A DNA stretch of 64,000 nucleotides from Marsupella aquatica (taxonomy: Eukaryota; Plantae; Marchantiophyta), in the NCBI GenBank assembly GCA_973895155.1, contig OZ316894.1:21919867-21983866 (forward strand), read 5' to 3'. Below the pieces are notes generated by a model. It saw only the letters and a program-made list of their open reading frames with translations. It made no database searches and was not told the DNA's origin. The stretch's first letter is position 1. Each line of letters starts with the position of its first letter. Positions 54,610 to 64,000 of this stretch are shown one piece after another. The position numbers and the translations under genes are program-made.

Positions 54610-55025
54610 TTGAGTATGGGGCCAAGTAGGGAATGGCAACCATTATGACACTGGAAGTTATGTTAGGAAGAGGGGTTTTGACACATCTAATTCACACTAC
54701 TAGTTCTTCAAGATTTGAGAAACCGTTGGATTTGGCAACCAGGGTGTGGGGTCTCAAAAGATCAGATCCATGGCTTTTAAGTGTGGGGCCAAGTAGGGTC
54801 GAGTGGTCGTGATTCAATTATGACATTAGAAGGTATGCTAGGGGGGAAGGGGTGTCTCACACATCTAATTTGCACCATTAGAGCTCTCAAGATTGAAAGA
54901 ATACTGATAGATTTGGTGACCAGGGTCTCAAAAGTTCTAGATCCATTATTTTCTTAGTGTGGGGCCAAGTAGGGTACGTGGAGTGGTCATGATTCACTTA
55001 TCACGTGGGAAGGTATGCTAGGATG
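54610..55025. repeat. ~170-bp degenerate tandem repeat x3
   Basis: TGGGGCCAAGTAGGG at about 54617, 54784 and 54960, with shared ACACATCTAATT and CAGGG..GTCTCAAAAG blocks. Confidence 0.8.
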
Positions 55026-55976
55026 AGTGCTTTTTGGTTGCAAAGGACATAGCTAGACTTTCAAGCAAAGGCAGAGCAATTTAGAAAACAATGAGCTTTG
55101 TAATACTTGATGAAATCTAGTGATGTTAAGGTCATTGTAAAGTTCTCCCAAAAGTTTTTCTAAGAATGGGATGCATGAAAGCTTTTACGGTGATGAACAA
55201 GAAATTTGAAAAATTGGTTTTTCTTGTTACGGACCCCCATGGGAAGTTCCTTCCAAAATTCCTGGACACATGTGTAGTCACATTACTTAGCATGATTTGT
55301 CACAAACAAGAACTCTTAGTTATGCAAGAAGAACCAAATTTGACTAGTCATGTTTGAGACAAGACAAAGAAAAACAGGTAGATTGGACCATAAGTGTAAA
55401 AACAATGGAAAACTGAAAAATGACATTTCAAGTGAGCAAAGGAAAAATTAGGGTGGACAAACATAATCTTTGGATGAATCATGATTGATATATCAATGTT
55501 TTTTGGTAATCTATTTCAATTTTCTATTTAATTTACACATTTTTGAAATAATGACAAGTAGAAAGAAACTTTTCAACTACTCTAACATTTACTAAGGTAA
55601 CATAAGAAACTCAATAAACTTTTTAACTTCTCTAACATTTACCAAGGTAACTTAAGAAACCCTTAAGCTAGTATGGATAGAGGAGTAACAAACAAAGATA
55701 AGAAATACCATAACTACTATAGGTAGAGGAATACCAAGGGACACTACAACCTTTCAACTACTATGGACAAAATGAAATTTTGCATGAACTATATGGAATG
55801 TTACATGTGTTGTATAGACATAGAGGTACCAAGGGAAACATTTGGCATGGAGAGTTATACTCTCTATTACCATGAGTACAGTACTCCTATTTGTCTTCAA
55901 TGAAATATGGCCTAACTACCAATTCACCTTATTTAGAATACTCCATTGAATCTTTGTCCTTGCATCTATCTATTCT

Positions 55977-56131
55977 TTGGGGGTCTCACTATATGGATGC
56001 CTCTCCATCACCTGCAACGTTTTTAGGCCTAGGACCCCCTAAAATGTAAGGAAAAAAATATTTTTCAACCCCTATAAAGTTGAAATATTCCAAAAAATTG
56101 GTTATAAGGACCCTAATGTTCTTATAAGTCT
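55977..56131. mobile_element. Left half of the same MITE family, truncated or interrupted
   Basis: GGGGGTCTCACTATATGGATGCCTC... aligns with about 30360-30520, then stops abruptly. Confidence 0.8.
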
Positions 56132-56479
56132 TTGTGGCTCAAAATAGTTCAGTCCAGAGTTCAATAAAACAAGCTTACATAACCAAGGGGTCCTCAAACT
56201 AATTAACAACATACCTAAACTTTCAAGAAAGGTTTGAGCAATTCAAACATTTGTGAGCTCTTCAACACTTGACAAAATCTGCCAATGTTAGGCTCATATA
56301 GAAATATCTATCAAAAATGGTTATAGAATTCTAAGCATGAAAGAATTTGATCGAGACATCACAGAGAAATTAGAAATTGGTTTTTGTTAGCCCCATAGCT
56401 AGACTTTCAAGGAAGGGCAGAGAAATTAAAAATTCATTTAGGGAGATCTAAATGGCAACCAAATTATACCCAAACGTAA

Positions 56480-56755
<276 letters not shown>

Positions 56756-58081
56756 TAGTAACTCATTTTTGCAAAACAGTTTGTGATAAATTTCACTTTC
56801 CAAACTTCGTCATGATCTCTTTGAGACTTGATGATATTTGACAATGTTAATTAGGCTCAGTAGAAAGCTTTGTCAAAAATATTTCTAAGCATTCTAGCTA
56901 AGCACACCAAATATTTCATTGGACATAGATAGTAAACTTAGGTATCATGCAATTGGGCGCACACTTTTGATACAACACTTAAGATATTTCCAAGGATCCG
57001 TCTCTCTTATTGCATTTAAGAATTGCTAATTAAAGGGAGACAAGAATACAGGGTCTGCAAACTAATTTCTCTTTGTATACTTAACCAATCCTAATCTTAG
57101 GTAAGAATTTAGCATAGTTCTTCCATTCTTAACCAATAAAAATGAAGTATCACAATAGGAACATAAGTTAGCATTTAATGCCAAAAACTCGATATTCATT
57201 CCCATAGAAGAACAAGTTAGGAATGATTTTCTTTCATTTAACACTTATGAATGACTAAGGTAACAAAAACACAAGTTTGAGCTTTTTACTATGATTGCTC
57301 AGCAGGGCATAAATTTGAATATTTGTTTAACATTGTAAAAATAACAACAAAATGATAACAATTAACAAAACACAATGAAATCTTAAGGTGTGATGAGGGA
57401 GTCTAGAAAACACCAAGGTAAATTCTCATCAATACTTCATTTGATGTGATTTAGATGGTATATCCATAAGAACATTTTTGGAAATGATAACTGTATTAGG
57501 ATGATTAGTAAAATGTCGTCAACATGTCTCAATTTTTCTTTCCAAAGGTACTCAGAAGAAACTAATAATCAATCACTTCTGCATCCAATAGGTACTTTGT
57601 GTCACGAATAAGGAATACCATGATTATCAAATTGAAGTCATAAATCATTGGTAATCCTTCTTAGCATCCCGTGCTCAAACAGGGTAACGCCAACAACTAT
57701 GCATCAAGAACTCAAGAAGATGGGCTGTCACCACTAAGGAATTTATTCCCTCATACTTTTGAGATTCAACTTCATACAAATAATTTTACTTCAATGATCT
57801 AAACCCTCAGTCATTCAGACCAAGGAAGGGAGAAGAATTCCTCCTACATTTGCAAGCTCCATATAAAAATACACGAAAACTTTACTTTGCAAAGGTGATT
57901 CCAGTGCTGTAGCACATGCCACAGGCACTTATTTTTATTTCTTCACACTTGAAAATGACAAGAACCCAAGGAAACTGAGATACTAAAAAGACATGCCCTT
58001 TCATATCAGTCTGAAGGGTCCTGAATAAAACTTAAAGACAATCATCCTTGAAAAGTGGAAAAATAAAAAAATATTGAAAAG

Positions 58082-58675
58082 GGACGTTGCTGGAAGTGTT
58101 GGAAATGTAATGGACACTTTTCAAAGCATCAATGTTTGGGCGAACGCTTTGCAAAGTGTTGGTGTTTTCGGCAAAACTAATCAAGAGTGACTATGTTAGA
58201 ATTTTAACTTCTAAACTAAGAGTTGGAATGAGGCGAAACTTTTTCAAGGTACTCTACTACATATAGTATTTATGTTTGCAAAGTTTCAGACTTTTCTAAG
58301 ACCTCTAAGTGCCTCAAATAAATCGGCAAAAGTGTCGTAGTGTTATAAATAATGGAAAATTGAAGTTTTTTCTAAGTGTCAGGAGTTAGTGGACGCTTTG
58401 CAAAACGTCCAAAACTACAAAGAACTTTTGTGGACGCTTCAGAAAGCATCCAAAATTTGATCTCTTCTTTTTCGGTAGCGTTTGTCTTCCGACCTTCGAA
58501 TGGGATGCTTTATGAAGCATCGGGATCAAAATCGCCTTGGATAGCGGACGCTTCAATCAGGCGTTGATACTTGGCGTCACTTCTTCCTTTTGTCTTCCAA
58601 ACACATACACTTTTTAAAGCATCCAATAAACTTGGGTAACTTGGGTATACAAGAGACGCTTTACAAAACGTCGAT
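58082..58675. repeat. Cluster of ~20-bp imperfect palindromes
   Basis: GGACGCTTTGCAAAACGTCC, GGACGCTTCAGAAAGCATCC, GGATGCTTTATGAAGCATCG and variants, about 8-9 copies. Confidence 0.7.
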
Positions 58676-61600
58676 AAAGTCGCGTCTATGTTAAAAATAT
58701 CAGATCTAAATTAATTCTAACTTTCAAATCACATGTAGGCTTGAGCTAAAACTTTCAGGTATTATACTACTACATAATGAATACCTCCTAAAAAAGTTTA
58801 AGATGTTTCTGATCATGAGAACTATTTAACTAAAATAGCAGAGATCGGTTGATCTTAATAATTGCACACAAAGCCAATGGAGTCCGGTTCTTGAATCTTC
58901 TAGATCTGCATTGCTTCTCCCAATGATGTCTAGTATTCATTCTTGGTAGCATGCAAAGAGCAAAGATTTTTATTGCCGATCCTTGTCCAATACAGGCAAT
59001 AGCCTTCGATGAAGCATAGCATTAGGTAAAGTGTTTAGTTGATCTAAATTGTTACAAACGATAATTATATGGCACCTTTGAGTTAGAAAAAGTTCAAAAT
59101 TTATAAAATTTCTATCATTTCTAACTAATCTATTGCATTACAAAAAACCACATTGAACCATAATTTCCCATTGAAGCCACTCTTACACTAATTGTGGGTC
59201 ATCCCTTTGCTCTCTCACCCTTCACTTCCCATTCTCCACAATTGGTTGTTGGGCTCCAAAGCTAACAGTTAGTGGTTGGAAAAACTCATGCTAATGTTGA
59301 AGGCATAGGTTATCAGCTAGTGAAAACTAAGGAAACATGAAGAAACAAGAGAGGTCAGGAATTTGAAGCGTAATCCAATGCAAGTAATTCAATGTTCAAG
59401 CCATTTTCTCACTTACATGGACTGACCAGGGTTGAAATAGAAGCTTGCTAACCAACACATCCTAGCAGGTTGAGCCATGTTTCACCTCCCGTTGAAATCA
59501 CTCTACATAACTCCATGCTAAAGTTGTGTCCATGCCAGGTTGAAAGGGTGACATATTGTGGAGGTCAAGGGCAAATTGGGCCAAAGGTGCATGTGTACCA
59601 TAGTGATTGTAGTGGGCTTGAATAAATATGTAAGAAGCAACACTAGCCCATTTGGACATCTCCTACGATTAGATCCAAGCTCATGTCCTCAAATGTGCAA
59701 AGTGTCTAGTGGATTCCAAGAACACTTTGCTATTGGATTCCACGAAGAGCAGGTGCTATTTACATAGTACATGAATTTCAGCAATGAGCACCTCATGCAA
59801 ATTTGAATCAAGTGGTTCCATCATGGACTAATTTGGTTGACCCTCTACTCCTGATGAGTAATTGGTTATGAATGAGCACCTCTATGTGATTTCTGTGCTT
59901 TAATTGCCCACTTCCAAAGTGTTTGGTCTCCAAATTGGGACCGGCCATTTTGGGGAGAGAATTTACCACATCTATTAATATATGGATTAGGGGCAGAGAG
60001 TAGCCATAGGCTAGTTTGTTTGCCTGTTGGCCAATAACAAAGAAACTCTAAAGAGCACTAGCTTTCTGCGTTTATCCTTCAAACTCTGCAGAGTTCTCGG
60101 TGCAATGGATAACTTTCTCATTCTTTCAATAATCATTAATCAAATATTGGACTTAGTTTGTTGCCTCTAGCTCTGGTACACTACATTAGGCCAGGCAAGG
60201 CAGCCACCACAAAAAGAGTTAAAGTTTGTGTAACGAAGAGATCGACCGGAATTGCTCTACTGCCCTCAATCTTCAGAATGGACCAAATTTTATTATGTTG
60301 GCTCCTTTGGTCGCTCTATTATTCATCCACTTAACTGAACTCATCTAGGTCTCACTAGGAATCAGGAAACTTGATGTATTGAGAAAGTTTGGGATTTACT
60401 AGTAATCGTAAATACCAGTTGAGTATGGACTTAAGTATTAATCTTATTTTGGCTCACTTCTCTCCTGTTCAACTGTGCCCCGTTCAAGACCAAGAGGAAA
60501 CTAAAGCTACAATCTGAGAGCTAACTAAGGAGTTAGAAGAAACACAGAGAATTTTACAGTACAAATTCAAGCAAGGAGGCATTCAAACACTTAGCAAAAA
60601 CAAACTACCATTGCTGCTCACTTGTAGATAGTCTCAAGCCAATGATATTGTGCACATTCAAACACATCCCATGAACTTGGCTCAATTTGTTGTTGAGAAC
60701 TGCAGACATTGAGATGGATTTCAGGCATAAGAGCTCAGTTTGGGAATGCAAACTACATGTGAGTACGACAGGGGTGGGGATCGGGTTAGATGTACTTAAC
60801 GATTGCAACTTCAGCTAATGTGTAATAGTCAAGGACTGTGAATAGGATACAGTATACTTAGTAGGTGCACTACACAAAGGTTCTAAAGAGTATAGGGGTC
60901 AGCGCATACTGCATTTTGCGGGAACGAGTATCCTCGCGCAGTACTTCAAGAATTGCAAGAATTGATCTCTCCTGATTTACTTGAGAAGATGCCTAGGGGT
61001 GTATCTTTTGAGTTGATGACTTACTAGTCCAGAATTCCCAGATGCTTTTGGTACGTCACATTGTTGAAGGGATTTTTTTCCTTTCAAGAACATTATAGTA
61101 TTGTAGCTGCTAAGTGATTGTAAAAGGTGAACTCATTGGGATTGTGTGAGTCCTTGGGCCATGAAACAGTTTTAGCAAAGCATCCTACGATAACACAACT
61201 CAATACCTTTATCCTTGAAATCTATCAAGATGTTGGGTACCACTTGTTCCAAGATTGTATTGTACTCAGATAGATTATGTAGTTCTCCATCTACATACGG
61301 GAACACGATGTTAGTGTCCACCACCTTGGATATGCCATTTTAGATTTTGTTCTTTCGATCATCATCTTAAGTCTTGCGACACTTCAATTGAAGAGTAAGA
61401 GAGGACTCTGGCAAACCTAAACCCTTGACAATTGGTGTTGAATGGTTTGTAACTAACAAAAGGGAGAGTGAATGATGTACTTTTATTAAGATGCAGCCAG
61501 GCAAAGTCCTTCTTTGTTCAAATGTCTTATGTGGGATGCAAAAAAATTTCAAGAAGAGTCGAGCTGTGATTACTCTAAACAAGCCAGAGAGTGATAACAA

Positions 61601-61699
61601 GATCGAGCTGTCTTTTCAAAACCCATTCTTGATTTGACTATCATTGATTCTAAAGTGGTTTATTCCATCATTACTTGAAACATCGATTAGAGAAGAAAG

Positions 61700-62090
61700 T
61701 GTTGGGAAGAATCTTCGTCCAGGATCGACACAAGAGTCACATCAACAATGCGCACGCCAACAACTCATGCACATTCACCATGAGTCTACACAACATATAA
61801 GTGGTTCACCCGGATGGGCTACATCCACTATCATCGAGGAAATCACTAATGATCAAATCATCCCGCAAATCATACATGGTCCACCATAGCCTCCTCCGTG
61901 GAGCTCTAAGGTGTGTCTCCTCTCTAGGTCTTTCACCAAAGACCCTCATTGTGTAGAATGAGTTCCCCACTAGAACTCCTTAAGGTATTATGCCTATTTG
62001 AGTGAGCCACTCCACAAACTATGCTAGTGTCGAACTAGAGCTAATGCTAACCGCAGTTAGCCGAGTACAAGGTAGAGGCAATACCTAACA
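61700..62090 (-). mobile_element. Solo LTR (copia-type, 391 bp)
   Basis: Minus strand TGTTAGGTATTGC...CCAACA with perfect TSD GAAAG (61695-61699, 62091-62095). Carries the GTGGAYGTAGCC..GGTGAACCAC motif seen in the LTRs at 524 and 6994. Confidence 0.88.
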
Positions 62091-62201
62091 GAAAGAGTGG
62101 GACGGATGGCAACTCTCACCTGCAAATTTTGGCTCTAATGGTGCTTCAGTCTGGCTCCTGGACATCCTTTCTTAGAGCATTAGGGAGAGATAGGGGGCCC
62201 C

Positions 62202-62533
62202 TGTTGAAGTATGACGCCTTTCTTCATGACGATACAACCATGACTCATACCATGCACATGTAGTCGACACTATCCATACGTGGTTCACCTCTTCTCCAAG
62301 GCTACGTCCACACGAATACAACAACTTTATTTCAAGAATCGTTGAACACACAAGCTGTCTCTCTTCCTCAAGTTGCTCCATTACAATGAGCAAGCACTAC
62401 GTACCAGCGGCTTACACTAGCCCTGGTGTATGCAAGGTCACACATGACTAACCTAATCTCAGCTAAGTCCCTAACTGAGGTTAACCTAATTACTGTATTT
62501 TTTGAGTCACAAGACTAAGAGCAAGCCTTAACA
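62202..62533 (-). mobile_element. Solo LTR (332 bp) related to the LTRs of the element at 524-7337
   Basis: Minus strand TGTTAAGGCTTGCTCTTAGTCTTGTGACTC...GGACTTAGCT...GTGGACGTAGCC...GAGGTGAACCACGTA...GTGTCGACTA...TCAACA; flanked by CCCC on both sides. Confidence 0.85.
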
Positions 62534-64000
62534 CCCCTAACTCAAGATTCATCTTTGTGTGAATCTTTCTGCGGGTAAAAGTACGTTGCTAGAAAAGAAA
62601 CCGAAGATCATCATAGTAGTTGCTTCGGCAACTCAAATGCTGGGTTCCAAAATTACTCTTTGTGGACCATATCTAGTTTTCACTCAATGAGCTCTTTGAT
62701 GTTGCACAGATAAGGGCAAAGGATATTTGAGAATAGTTCATCTATGGTGGCGTTCCTGGATATAGATGACGGAGTAGTCCCACACCCACAAATTGTCTGC
62801 CCTTGAACTATTCCTTTGCTGCCAAAATGGAACCTAAAAAGACATCAATTTCTCAGAATTTGTTTCTTAATACATACCCCTCCAAGATGAGTCAATTTAT
62901 CTTGGTTAGCGAATTCGCTGAAGGTCAAAGAGGAACTACCCTAGACCGTGAAAGCCATCCTGCAGTCCACCAACTGGGTTCAGAAGAATATCTAGGATTG
63001 GAAATGAAGACGCCCAAGAGATCGGACTTGTCCTAGGCCCTACTCGGTCAACATCTTACAAATGTGATAAAGATCCTCCTCACTGCAAAAGTTGAGCCCA
63101 ATTCATCCACATCTCTGGCTGAAGAAGCTTAGGGGAGGACCAAAAGTAGGAGAAACCGAGGAGAAAGAAGCACATAAATAAGATGTCCAACATCGGTGTG
63201 GGCGGACAAAATGCCACACCATTATTGTAACTTCCACGAACAGACTAATTGAGATGCAGCTGCACGTGGAGAGGTGGATGGACAAGGAGGCCCTGGAACC
63301 ATGGTACCACTAGGACGAGGTATACTGAAAGTTAGGCACGTCTTTCAGGACGAGCTCTTTGCTTAGCTTCTGTCAAAGTCGTTCCCATCTACCCTGGCTC
63401 AGCTTCCTAGAGTCAATTTAATAAATCAAGCGTCACGCTCTGCTCTCTCGTGGTCATCCAGTTTCCACCAATGACCTCAAGATTGTATTGGACCCATCTG
63501 CTATCTGACTAAACATTTCAAAAGCTGGACCAAGCTGCTATCTGACTAAAAATTTCAAAAGTGCCAAATCTGGGCACTCTGCCAAACGTACTTTGTATAT
63601 GAGAATTTCATTTTGATTTTTTCTGGATGTTTGCATTAGCCTTGAGATTGTGAAAAGCGATTATTTATTACGTGGCAGATGGCGAACCGGTGAGGAGTAC
63701 GGTTACTTTTGTTCTAGATTTAAATGTGTGGCCGAGAACTTATTAGATGAAATTAAACATATGAACGACATAAAATTTCGAAACATGGGTTCTCCGTACA
63801 CCCCGTACCCGGTCACTAAATTAGTAAATTACGACAAAAGCACTTTGGATGCCCCATTTTCGCGGTACGTTGATTTTATCACCCGTCGATTGAAAGCATT
63901 CAATTATGATCGGTGGTTCGAAAGTGACAAAGTGGGGAGATACGTGCCAGCCTTTGGATCTTCCTCGCGAGTAGATCTGCGACAGATGTCGGCTCCCACC

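Noticed and set aside
60900-63450. Degraded coding relic around the solo LTRs (e.g. minus-strand SISRNATIDE resembling an integrase C-terminal motif)
   Set aside because: One weak motif and no continuous frame; needs a profile search.

Overview
Eukaryotic land-plant nuclear DNA, gene-sparse and transposon-rich; the gene style suggests a bryophyte-grade plant, but that is inference. Four protein-coding host genes can be reconstructed by hand. (1) SnRK1 alpha catalytic subunit: minus strand, 10 coding exons, one GC-AG intron, probable 3'-UTR intron. (2) A TRIPP/AT3G17900-like TRAPP-interacting protein: plus strand, 10 exons. (3) A plastid-targeted TPR-like membrane protein: plus strand, 4 exons. 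(4) A cytosolic Hsp90 with an intronless CDS and a probable 5'-UTR intron: minus strand. There is also a tRNA-Arg(CCG) gene followed by a small repeat array apparently derived from its own 3' end. Mobile DNA includes a full-length Ty1/copia element (344-bp LTRs with 6 mismatches, CAAAC TSD, 1.8-kb leader, in-frame stop between gag and pol, frameshift in pol), two related solo LTRs, a non-autonomous Helitron inserted into a conserved-core repeat array, a TIR/MITE family (3 copies), L1-type and probable CRE-type non-LTR relics, and several tandem or palindromic arrays. No prokaryotic system (CRISPR-Cas, operon) is supported. All coordinates were read manually and no database search was run.
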